A stretch of DNA of 24,000 nt from Candidatus Woesearchaeota archaeon (lineage in GTDB: Archaea; Nanobdellota; Nanobdellia; Pacearchaeales; GW2011-AR1): assembly GCA_964575515.1 (NCBI GenBank), contig CAZNQS010000006.1:3752-27751 (forward strand). The letters are read 5' to 3'. The notes under the pieces are model-generated. The model made no database searches and had not been told where the DNA came from. It was given only the letters and a program-made list of their open reading frames with translations. Position 1 is the first letter of the stretch, and each line of letters opens with the position of its first letter. Positions 16,964 through 24,000 of this stretch are shown here, in pieces. Both the position numbers and the translations under genes were made by a program.

Positions 16964-16995
16964 CTTACTATATAGTAACTTAAACTTACTATATA
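16964..16995 (-). promoter_or_regulatory. Two perfect 11-nt direct repeats (CTTACTATATA) 21 bp apart, the proximal one inside a 14-bp perfect palindrome, upstream of the wHTH-MNT gene
   Basis: 16964-16974 and 16985-16995 are identical. 16965-16978 TTACTATATAGTAA is self-complementary. The repeats lie 20-51 nt upstream of the ATG at 16944 and include TATA-like sequence. Confidence 0.4.
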
Positions 16996-17108
16996 AATCT
17001 TCTGCTCTTGAATTGCATTCATTTTTCATTTTTAGTTTGCAATTTTCCTCCATACTTTATAAATAATTCAATAATAATATTTATAACATCTCCCAGCCAT
17101 AAATACTT

Positions 17109-20100
17109 ATGAAAAAGAGCGTGAAATTCAATGTATTCTTAATAATATTTGTAAGTTTGTTTTTGATCCAAATAGCCAGTGCGGTTCAACTAGGCGTTGA
17201 TGACTTTGAATGCAATGGATTTAATTGCGGCTCTGGTTGGAATGGAGCATGGAGTATTTCTGGAGATTGTATTGTTACTAATTTAGATGTTCCCAGAGGC
17301 TCTTTTCATATGAGGGGCCAGCAAGATGCAACTGGAACTTGTATAGCTGATAGAAAATTTAATAATTCTCCTTATGGTTTTACTAATCTAACTTTCTGGG
17401 CTAAAACTAATGTTTTGGAATCTGGAGATTTTTGTAGATATTACTATGATAATGGCGTTGATCTCACTCTTTTATTAGAATTAACAGATCCTCCAGACGA
17501 CGATACTTATAGGCAATATAGCTTTGAAGTTAGTCAATATGGAACTTCTGCCGATGCCGGAATAAGGATGCGACAATTTGGAGTTGGAAGCGATAATTGT
17601 TACATTGATGATATTAATATAACAGGGCAGATTACAGACAACACCCCTCCTCTCCTAACAATAAATTCCCCTTCACAAAACCAATTCCTAAACGCAAATA
17701 CTGTAACATTCAACATAACACTAAATGAAAATGGCACGGCCCGTTACACTCTAAACAATGGAATAACCAATATAACACTCTCTACAACAGACAATCAAAA
17801 CTTCAATCACACAAACACATCAATTTCAGACGCCCAATACACAGTCCAATTCTATGCAAATGACTCGGCAGGAAATATTAACAACACAGTCACAAGCACA
17901 TTCACAATAGACACAACGCTCCCATTAATATCAATAACAACCCCACAAAACATCTCCTACAACACAATACAAACCCAGTTAAATTATTCAGTATCAGACA
18001 TAAATATTCAAGCATGCTGGTATTCATTAAATAATGGGCAGACAAACACATCAATAAACTGCGGACAAAATGTCTCCGGATTATCATCCTCACAAGGCTC
18101 AAACACCTGGCAAATATATGCAAATGACTCGGCAGGAAATACAAACTCTTCATTAATAACCTTCTCTGTTGATTCAATAGCTCCAAACATAAACTTTACA
18201 AATCCCACAGAAGCCTCTGGAACTATAATAACAAAAAATAGTATATTAATTAATGTAACTTCCTCTGATACAAGCCTAAAAAACATAACAATATTTTTAT
18301 ATAATTCAACAAATTCTTTACTATACCAAAACACTTCAAATAGCTCTATTTTATTTGTTAATATATCAAACTTAAACGACGGTTTATATTTCTTCAACGC
18401 AACGTCTTACGATTCTTTAGGCAATCTAAATTCAACAGAAACAAGAAATGTAACAATAGATACTTTAAGCTCGCAAATCTCTTACAGGTTCCCAACAGAA
18501 AGCGATAATGTATTTAGAAGCAGAAACTATATAGAAATAAATGTTACAGGGCTACTAAATCCTCTTCCTGATACCTTAGTCATAAGACTTTACAACGCAA
18601 CTAATAATGAGATAAATTCTTCTACAACATCAACCTCTCCAAATTATGTAAATTTCTCAGGATTATCAAACGGCATTTATTATTATAACGCAAGCCGTTT
18701 TAGTCTCTTAAATGGTGATGTTCATTTAGAAACAAGAAAAATAACTCTAGACACAATAAAACCAAATCTCTCTATATCAAAACCGCAAGAAAACTCGGAA
18801 TTTGGAACAAACATCTCCCTCTCATTAAATTTCTCAGCATCTGATACAAACCTACAATCTTGTTGGTATCATATAGACAGTTCAAGTAATGTAACAATTC
18901 CTAATTGCCTAAACACAACATTCAATACTTCAGAAGGAACCAATACATTATATCTCTACGCAAATGATTCATATGGCAATACCGCAAGAGATACAAAGAA
19001 CTTCTCAATTGTCTTAGGCCCCCCAACAATCTCCTTAAATTCCCCATTAAATAATTCGTATTTAAGCACTTCGTTAGTAACCATCCTTTACACTCCAACA
19101 GACGTTGATTTACAGGCCTGCGAACTCTGGGGAAACTTTAACGGCACATTCACAAAAAATCAGACAAACTCTACTTTAACATCAGGCCAACAATCTTCTT
19201 TTAATTTAAATCTCTCAGATAATAGCTATAATTGGAGTATATTCTGCAATGATACTTTAGGAAATTCTGCATTTTCTATCAATAGAACCTTTTCTATAGA
19301 CACTATCTTCCCCTCTTTAACACTAACAGAACCCTCTGGAACAAAAACCTCAAGAAGCAATATTCCAATAGCTTTCTTTGCCTCTGACTTAAACATTCAG
19401 GCATGCTGGTATAATGTCTACCGAGGCGTTAATCAAGAAATTGCAAATACAACAATTGACTGCTCGTCGAATTCAACAACATTCAATGTGACTGTTGACG
19501 CAGATTTCACTTTAAACTTCTACGTTAACGACTCTGCCGGAAATATTAAGTTATCAAGCCCAAGCTTTGTAGTTACTACCGCATCCGCTCCTCCATCTGA
19601 AGGCGGTGGCGGCACAAGTGGCGGAGGCGGTGGCGGGGGAGCAATCGCGAGTAAATCAAATATCACGAGAGAACTAAAAATAGAAATAAATAAATTAGAA
19701 AATATTGCAATTAAAAGGGGAACAAGCACAACAACAGAATTAGAAATAACGAATCTGGAAAGAATATTCCTAAACAACTGCAGATTAGAAATAAGCTCCC
19801 CATTTATTCAATGGTTCATTAACACTCAAAAAAAAGGATTTGCCGCCGGAGAGAAATTTACATTTTTAATTAATATCAACATCCCTCAAACCGCAGAGCC
19901 TGCCGAATACAATCCGGAACTTACAATAAGATGTGACGAAGGCAAAAAATTAGTAAATATGATTCTCGTAATATTCAGAAACAGCTTTGAAGTAAGAATG
20001 ACAAACTACGAAAGAACAGTTGACAGTCTGAAGATTAGCTATTTTGTAGAGGAATTCGCGCGAGAAACGCATGAGATAAGCATTAACTATGAACTCGTAG

Positions 20101-20489
20101 ATTTTGAGGGGATAACTGTAGTGAAAGGAAATGATAAAATAACAATAAATCCTGAATTCAAGGGAGAAAATGCCCTGGAATTTAAAATACCAAAAGATGT
20201 AATTGGAGAATATGATTTGAAAATGACGCTAAGCGATGGAAAAACAAGCGCTGAAATAAACAAAAGACTTGTCTTGGGCTCTAAAAGTGTGGCTGGCTTG
20301 GCAATATCAGACAGCAACAGGAGAACACTATCAATCTTTGGCATAATTTTAGTCAGCGCCCTCTTATTATTCTTCATATCTAGATTCGTTTATCAAAAAA
20401 TAAAATTGAAAAGATTAAGAAAAGTAAATTTCCCTATAGAGCAAAAACATGGAAAGAAGGTTATAAAACTGGACTTGAAAGAAAGATAG
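17109..20489 (+). CDS. Large type-I membrane-anchored surface glycoprotein (adhesin/S-layer-like)
   Basis: Signal peptide (…LIQIASA/VQ), N-terminal DDFE...IDDINI beta-sandwich module, seven Ig-like repeats, Gly-rich hinge (SEGGGGTSGGGGGGG, nt 19599-19640), a CARDB/S-layer-like C-terminal region, a TM helix (about 20331-20390) and a basic tail (KIKLKRLRK). Confidence 0.8.
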   Translation: MKKSVKFNVFLIIFVSLFLIQIASAVQLGVDDFECNGFNCGSGWNGAWSISGDCIVTNLDVPRGSFHMRGQQDATGTCIADRKFNNSPYGFTNLTFWAKTNVLESGDFCRYYYDNGVDLTLLLELTDPPDDDTYRQYSFEVSQYGTSADAGIRMRQFGVGSDNCYIDDINITGQITDNTPPLLTINSPSQNQFLNANTVTFNITLNENGTARYTLNNGITNITLSTTDNQNFNHTNTSISDAQYTVQFYANDSAGNINNTVTSTFTIDTTLPLISITTPQNISYNTIQTQLNYSVSDINIQACWYSLNNGQTNTSINCGQNVSGLSSSQGSNTWQIYANDSAGNTNSSLITFSVDSIAPNINFTNPTEASGTIITKNSILINVTSSDTSLKNITIFLYNSTNSLLYQNTSNSSILFVNISNLNDGLYFFNATSYDSLGNLNSTETRNVTIDTLSSQISYRFPTESDNVFRSRNYIEINVTGLLNPLPDTLVIRLYNATNNEINSSTTSTSPNYVNFSGLSNGIYYYNASRFSLLNGDVHLETRKITLDTIKPNLSISKPQENSEFGTNISLSLNFSASDTNLQSCWYHIDSSSNVTIPNCLNTTFNTSEGTNTLYLYANDSYGNTARDTKNFSIVLGPPTISLNSPLNNSYLSTSLVTILYTPTDVDLQACELWGNFNGTFTKNQTNSTLTSGQQSSFNLNLSDNSYNWSIFCNDTLGNSAFSINRTFSIDTIFPSLTLTEPSGTKTSRSNIPIAFFASDLNIQACWYNVYRGVNQEIANTTIDCSSNSTTFNVTVDADFTLNFYVNDSAGNIKLSSPSFVVTTASAPPSEGGGGTSGGGGGGGAIASKSNITRELKIEINKLENIAIKRGTSTTTELEITNLERIFLNNCRLEISSPFIQWFINTQKKGFAAGEKFTFLININIPQTAEPAEYNPELTIRCDEGKKLVNMILVIFRNSFEVRMTNYERTVDSLKISYFVEEFARETHEISINYELVDFEGITVVKGNDKITINPEFKGENALEFKIPKDVIGEYDLKMTLSDGKTSAEINKRLVLGSKSVAGLAISDSNRRTLSIFGIILVSALLLFFISRFVYQKIKLKRLRKVNFPIEQKHGKKVIKLDLKER
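17637..19586 (+). repeat. Seven tandem, diverged 87-97-aa Ig-like coding repeats within the surface protein
   Basis: Units end at recurring [FI]-[ST]-[IVL]-D-[TS]-[ITL]-x-[PS] boundaries (aa 272, 359, 455, 552, 639, 735, 826; nt 17924, 18185, 18473, 18764, 19025, 19313, 19586). Recurrent Y-A-N-D-S-x-G-N and [AS]-C-W-Y motifs. Confidence 0.7.
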
Positions 20490-20660
20490 TTTCAATTTGA
20501 GAGCCCTCGCAAGAAAGAGATGCCTGCAATTGCTTCGCAACAGATAACCTTGACGTCATCAAGAAGAATTATGTTCTATTTCTTGATCCCGTGGGAACTT
20601 CCCCCTCCTAAAAATGGTCTTGAATCAACATCAGTTAAAGGACTGAAAACAAGGTAAGAT

Positions 20661-21845
20661 TTACAATTCAGTAATAGGAATAAAGCCTTTTTCTTTGTTA
20701 AATTTCTTTGTAATGACATAATTTTCTTTTATTTTTAGATCTTTAGAAACTCTTGCTAATAAATCCTTATCTTTTTTTGTGCCGGTTTCCTTAACTTCTA
20801 AAGCTATTTTTTGTTTTTTAAATATAAAATCAATTTCAATTCCAGAACGTCTCTGATAATAATTTACTTTGTCTAATTTTTTAATGGTATTAAATACAGA
20901 ATTTTCTAAAAGAACACCGAAAGAAACTTGGGAGAGATTGTTTAAAATTCCTGTATCACATATATAAACTTTTTTTGTACCACTGACCTCTCTATCCTTG
21001 CTGCGAGTAAAAGGAGAAATAAGATTAATAAAATAAGTCGCTTCTAAAAAAGAGAGATAAGAATAAACAGTTTGTCTAGTTACTCCGAGTTCAGAAGAAA
21101 TTTTATCAATATGTAATTTAGAGCCAGCTCTTTGCATAAGCAAAAGAATAAAGTCTCTTAAAATATTTAAATTCTTAAAATCAGACAAAGATTTTATATC
21201 CTTTTCAAAATAGGATTTAAAAATATCATCAAGAAAGGCTTTTTTTTCTTCAATTGTTGTTGCGAGCACAACCTGAGGGAATCCGCCATATTTGATATAT
21301 TCTTCATAAAATTTTATAGTTATCTCATATAAAACTTCGTTTTTTTTCTTTTCTTTTTCTCTGAAAGGAATATAAAATTTTTTAGTTTTTCCTTTAAAAA
21401 ATAAAAATTCTTCAAAATCTAAAGGAAATAATTCAAATACGATTTTTCTGCCAGCCAAACTCTCCGGAAATAGATTTTTGAGATAGAAACTACTTGAGCC
21501 AGTTAAGAAAAATTGGATGTTATAGTGATCATATAAATATTTAATTGGCCTAATAATTTCAGGCATTGCTTGTATTTCATCTAAGAAAATATAGGCCCTT
21601 TCTGACTTTGTAATGCTATAATTTTCTAAGTTTAAAAAGATATTATTATAATCTTTTTCATCAAAGAGCTTTTGCACAATGGGATTCTCAATATCTAAAA
21701 ATACCTTATTCTTACTTTCTATTTCTTCAAAGAGCATTTTAAATAAAGTGGTTTTTCCGACTCTTCTCATTCCAGTAACCACTATTATGGCTTTTTTATC
21801 AACCCATCTCCTTAACTCTTTAAGCAGTTTTCTTTCATAAAACAT
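20661..21845 (-). CDS. AAA_14/DUF4143-type ATPase
   Basis: Walker A VVTGMRRVGKTTL, Walker B IFLDEIQ, and a C-terminal wHTH-like and restriction-fold-like tail typical of this archaeal ATPase family. The first ATG is at 21845, and the track start at 21860 is TTG. Confidence 0.8.
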   Translation of the reverse strand: MFYERKLLKELRRWVDKKAIIVVTGMRRVGKTTLFKMLFEEIESKNKVFLDIENPIVQKLFDEKDYNNIFLNLENYSITKSERAYIFLDEIQAMPEIIRPIKYLYDHYNIQFFLTGSSSFYLKNLFPESLAGRKIVFELFPLDFEEFLFFKGKTKKFYIPFREKEKKKNEVLYEITIKFYEEYIKYGGFPQVVLATTIEEKKAFLDDIFKSYFEKDIKSLSDFKNLNILRDFILLLMQRAGSKLHIDKISSELGVTRQTVYSYLSFLEATYFINLISPFTRSKDREVSGTKKVYICDTGILNNLSQVSFGVLLENSVFNTIKKLDKVNYYQRRSGIEIDFIFKKQKIALEVKETGTKKDKDLLARVSKDLKIKENYVITKKFNKEKGFIPITEL

Positions 21846-22130
21846 TTTAATTTTGTCCAATGTAAATTTACATAATTATTAGAACAATGTATGTTTATAA
21901 ATTTTTGGTTTGTTTGATTAAAAAAACTCGGGCCCTCAAACTCTGATTTTTTGCCTTCGGCATCTTGCACTAAAAATCAATCCCTATTGAAAGAAACTAA
22001 CAACAATTAAAAGGTTACGCTCGGTTGCACCTCACTCCACCCAAATAGTTCGCTTCACTCACGACTTCTCTTAATCACATATAGAGTACAATCCTTGGAA
22101 TTCACGCTCTTCCAAAAAAGTTATAGATAA

Positions 22131-22140
22131 TTTTATAAAT
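22131..22140 (+). promoter_or_regulatory. TATA box for tRNA-Arg(UCU)
   Basis: TTTTATAAAT is centred about 28 nt upstream of the mature tRNA 5' end, with the purine-rich AGATAA immediately upstream (BRE-like). Confidence 0.5.
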
Positions 22141-22162
22141 TAAATAATTAACCTTAGAATAG

Positions 22163-22238
22163 GGCCCCGTAGCTCAGCCTGGATTAGAGCACTTGCCTTC
22201 TAAGCAAGGGGTCGCAGGTTCAAATCCTGTCGGGGTCA
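22163..22238 (+). tRNA. tRNA-Arg (anticodon UCU), no encoded CCA
   Basis: Acceptor GGCCCCG/CGGGGUC, D arm GCUC-AGCCUGGAUUA-GAGC, anticodon stem CUUGC/GCAAG with loop CU-UCU-AA, T arm GCAGG-UUCAAAU-CCUGU, discriminator A. Confidence 0.9.
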
Positions 22239-22300
22239 TTTAAAATCTTTAATCTTTTAGACATACTATTACACCTTCAAGAATAAAGAAAACAAATACC

Positions 22301-22308
22301 TTTAAATA
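22301..22308 (+). promoter_or_regulatory. TATA box for tRNA-Cys
   Basis: TTTAAATA is centred about 27 nt upstream of the tRNA-Cys 5' end. Confidence 0.45.
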
Positions 22309-22331
22309 AATCAATTATCACAACAAAATAT

Positions 22332-22404
22332 GCGCACGTGGCACAGTGGTTACTGCAGTCGGCTGCAGCCCGACTTTTCCCAGGTTCAATTCCTGGCGTG
22401 CGCT
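22332..22404 (+). tRNA. tRNA-Cys (anticodon GCA), no encoded CCA
   Basis: Acceptor GCGCACG/CGUGCGC, anticodon stem GUCGG/CCGAC with loop CU-GCA-GC, T arm CCAGG-UUCAAUU-CCUGG, and discriminator U73, the known tRNA-Cys identity element. Confidence 0.9.
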
Positions 22405-22620
22405 TTTCATGATTAAAAAAAAAACAGTATCTACTTGCCTTTATGAACTAAAAATCCTCAAAGTTTAAGAAGTTAGTTTATGAGAATAGCCAAACATGTT
22501 TAATTTATCTTCGATATAATAATATAATTCAATTAATAATATTTCTTTCCAATTGAGAAAATTAAGCAATTTTTAAAGTTGTAATTAAAAGATATCATAG
22601 TAGCTCTAGAAAGCTAAGCT

Positions 22621-22712
22621 ATGGATAACTGCATTGTTTAGGTTACAGTTATTTGGCAGTTATCCATTAGAGAACTGCGTACTAAATGTCATCTAACTAA
22701 CGCAGTTCTCTA
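22621..22712. repeat. Two abutting perfect inverted repeats (12-bp arms with 23-nt spacer; 13-bp arms with 19-nt spacer) sharing an AACTGC/GCAGTT core
   Basis: ATGGATAACTGC (22621-22632) pairs with GCAGTTATCCAT (22656-22667). TAGAGAACTGCGT (22668-22680) pairs with ACGCAGTTCTCTA (22700-22712). An extra CAGTTAT copy sits in the first spacer (22646-22652). Confidence 0.6.
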
Positions 22713-22779
22713 TATTTCACAAAACAAATAACTTTAAAACCCCTAAATTCCTAAAATGTTCACAAAAAGGAGGCATAAT

Positions 22780-22959
22780 ATGGCTAAACAAGAATTAGAA
22801 TTCTTTGATGTGAAATCAAAGAAGAAATTCAAAGCAAGCAATTATAAGATAGTGGACAAGGGCGGCAGAATGTTTGCTGTTACAAAATGCCCTGCCGGAA
22901 GCGGAACTCATGATTGCTGGAGAGTTGTCTCAAAAGATTTTGCAGCGAAAAATAAATAA
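22780..22959 (+). CDS. Small basic protein, degenerate DUF5679-like fold (first CxxC knuckle lost)
   Basis: The ATG at 22780 is 6 nt after AAAGGAGG. 59 aa. It aligns with the downstream zinc ribbon (FFDVKSKKKF...AVTKCPAGSGTHDCWRV versus GYCVKCKGMC...AKGKCPNCGTTVCRM). Confidence 0.55.
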   Translation: MAKQELEFFDVKSKKKFKASNYKIVDKGGRMFAVTKCPAGSGTHDCWRVVSKDFAAKNK

Positions 22960-22997
22960 TCAATTAATTAAATAATTGCAGAAAAAGGAGGTAAAAA

Positions 22998-23150
22998 ATG
23001 ACAACAAAAGGATATTGCGTAAAATGTAAGGGAATGTGCGACATCAAGGATGCGAAAGAGACAACTACAAAAAGAGGTGTAAAAATTGCGAAAGGAAAAT
23101 GCCCAAATTGTGGCACAACAGTCTGCAGAATGGGCGGATTGCAAAAGTAG
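22998..23150 (+). CDS. Mini zinc-ribbon protein (DUF5679-like)
   Basis: Not in the ORF track because it is 50 aa. The ATG at 22998 is preceded by AAAAGGAGG. MTTKGYCVKCKGMCDIKDAKETTTKRGVKIAKGKCPNCGTTVCRMGGLQK has a CxxC...CxxC ribbon with a basic core. Confidence 0.65.
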   Translation: MTTKGYCVKCKGMCDIKDAKETTTKRGVKIAKGKCPNCGTTVCRMGGLQK

Positions 23151-23195
23151 TAGTAAAAGAAAAATAATTTAAATAGTAGTTTTTATTATATAGTT

Positions 23196-24000
23196 ATGAA
23201 AGAGAAAAAACAAGAAAAGGATTTTCTAAGCTTTATTCAGGAAGCAGGCCTTATATGGGGCCCAAGCCCTGAAATCTATGGCGGGCTGGCGGGCTTCTAT
23301 ACATACGGCCCCTTGGGAAAGCTTCTCAAAAATAAGTTAGAAAATTCTGTAAGAAGCATCTTTAATTCTCATGGCTTCAGGGAAATAGAAAGCCCGACAA
23401 TCCTCCCAGATATAGTATGGAAAGCCTCCGGCCATCTTGACACATTCTCTGATAAGATAATAAAATGCAAAAAATGCAAATCAGTCTTCAGGGCTGATAA
23501 ATTAATAGAAGAAAGGCATAACATCCAAGCAAACTCGCTCTCGGATGAAAAATTGCTTGAGTTAATAAAGAAAATTCACTGTCCAAACTGCAATTCAAAT
23601 TTTGAGAATAAAATAGAAAAGCAAAGTCTGATGATTAAAACAGAAGTCTCTAATCAGCAAGCATCTTTACGCCCTGAAACAGCAACAGCAACATATCTCC
23701 CATTTCTGCGCTATTATAATCACTTCAGGAAAAAATTGCCATTTGGAGTATTTCAAATAGGAAAAGCGTACAGAAACGAAATCTCTCCAAGACAGCACAC
23801 TTTAAGAATGCGCGAGTTTACGCAGGCAGAAGCCCAGATATTCATTGATCCAATGGAAAAAAACTCATGGCAGAAATATAACAAAATAAAAAGGGAAACT
23901 CTTCCGCTATGGAGTTATAAAGAACAAGAAAAAAACTCTTTTCTAAAGGAAATTAAAATAGAAGAAACCATTAAATCAAAGCTAATCAAAAGCCAGGTAT
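23196..24000 (+). CDS. glyS: Glycine--tRNA ligase, archaeal/eukaryal dimeric type (3' end beyond window)
   Basis: Not in the ORF track because it is open to the window edge. The ATG at 23196 begins ...GPSPEIYGGLAGFYTYGPLGKLLKNKL..., followed by LRPETATATYLPF and GKAYRNEISPRQHTLRMREFTQAE (class II motif 2). Confidence 0.9.
   Translation, partial: MKEKKQEKDFLSFIQEAGLIWGPSPEIYGGLAGFYTYGPLGKLLKNKLENSVRSIFNSHGFREIESPTILPDIVWKASGHLDTFSDKIIKCKKCKSVFRADKLIEERHNIQANSLSDEKLLELIKKIHCPNCNSNFENKIEKQSLMIKTEVSNQQASLRPETATATYLPFLRYYNHFRKKLPFGVFQIGKAYRNEISPRQHTLRMREFTQAEAQIFIDPMEKNSWQKYNKIKRETLPLWSYKEQEKNSFLKEIKIEETIKSKLIKSQV

Noticed and set aside
17637-19586. Periodic ~270-290-nt repetition that could be mistaken for a non-coding tandem repeat or CRISPR-like array.
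   Set aside because: It lies in one continuous reading frame. The units are diverged protein-domain repeats with no short identical direct repeats or unique spacers.
20490-20660. GC-richer 171-nt gap after the surface-protein gene. It holds a 48-codon plus-strand ORF (ATG at 20520) and a minus-strand fragment NIILLDDVKVICCEAIAGISFLRGLSN.
   Set aside because: Neither translation has a recognisable motif or a credible start context. It could be a gene remnant, but I cannot support a pseudogene call without a database comparison.
21860-21873. 14-bp perfect palindrome ATGTAAATTTACAT 15 nt upstream of the ATPase ATG.
   Set aside because: A/T-only-cored palindromes of this size are expected fairly often in such AT-rich spacers, and it coincides with a TATA-like element. 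It is not separable from an ordinary promoter.
21895-21945. C/D-box sRNA-like pattern (UUUGAUUA ... CUGA followed by a T-run).
   Set aside because: The C box is imperfect, there are no internal D'/C' boxes, and the spacing does not fit the 12-nt guide architecture of archaeal C/D sRNAs.
23466-23591. CxxC...CxxC pair (CKKCKSVFRADKL ... HCPNCNS) inside GlyRS that might look like an inserted zinc-finger gene fragment.
   Set aside because: A Cys-containing insertion with the FRAD motif at this position is, as far as I recall, a normal feature of archaeal/eukaryal-type GlyRS, and the reading frame is continuous.
1-24000. Search for CRISPR arrays, IS/transposase or integrase genes, rRNA genes and att-like duplications of the tRNA 3' halves.
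   Set aside because: I saw no short regularly spaced identical repeats, no DDE/tyrosine-recombinase-like ORFs, no rRNA-like conserved blocks, and no second copy of either tRNA 3' end.

Overview
This is an AT-rich, gene-dense segment. By gene content it is archaeal and most likely from a small-genome DPANN-type lineage. Supporting markers are deoxyhypusine synthase, archaeal/eukaryal-type GlyRS, an archaeal-style DHH/RecJ-like protein, CCA-less tRNAs with TATA boxes about 27 nt upstream, abundant MNT/HEPN and AAA_14/DUF4143-type genes, and DUF5679-like mini zinc ribbons. Housekeeping genes (M1 aminopeptidase 3' part, NUDIX, IPT-like transferase, amino-acid permease, gatB, dys, acylphosphatase-uppS fusion, DHH phosphoesterase, glyS 5' part, three tRNAs) are interleaved with accessory material. 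(1) A trio of diverged small paralogs shares an invariant C-x36-H-x3-C-x2-C signature and a conserved C-terminal tail. One copy trails an AbiE-like wHTH/nucleotidyltransferase pair, and two tandem copies are translationally coupled to dys. (2) A wHTH-MNT/HEPN pair has repeated operator-like motifs. (3) A secretome island encodes an M64-like metallopeptidase with a dockerin, a secreted Ser-His-Glu GATase-fold hydrolase, and a 1126-aa membrane-anchored protein with seven Ig-like repeats and about 50 N-glycosylation sequons. The last two share a beta-sandwich module. (4) An intergenic twin-hairpin element lies next to two tandem mini zinc-ribbon genes. No CRISPR array, transposase, integrase or rRNA was seen. 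All family assignments come from motif recognition by eye and need HMM or structure confirmation.
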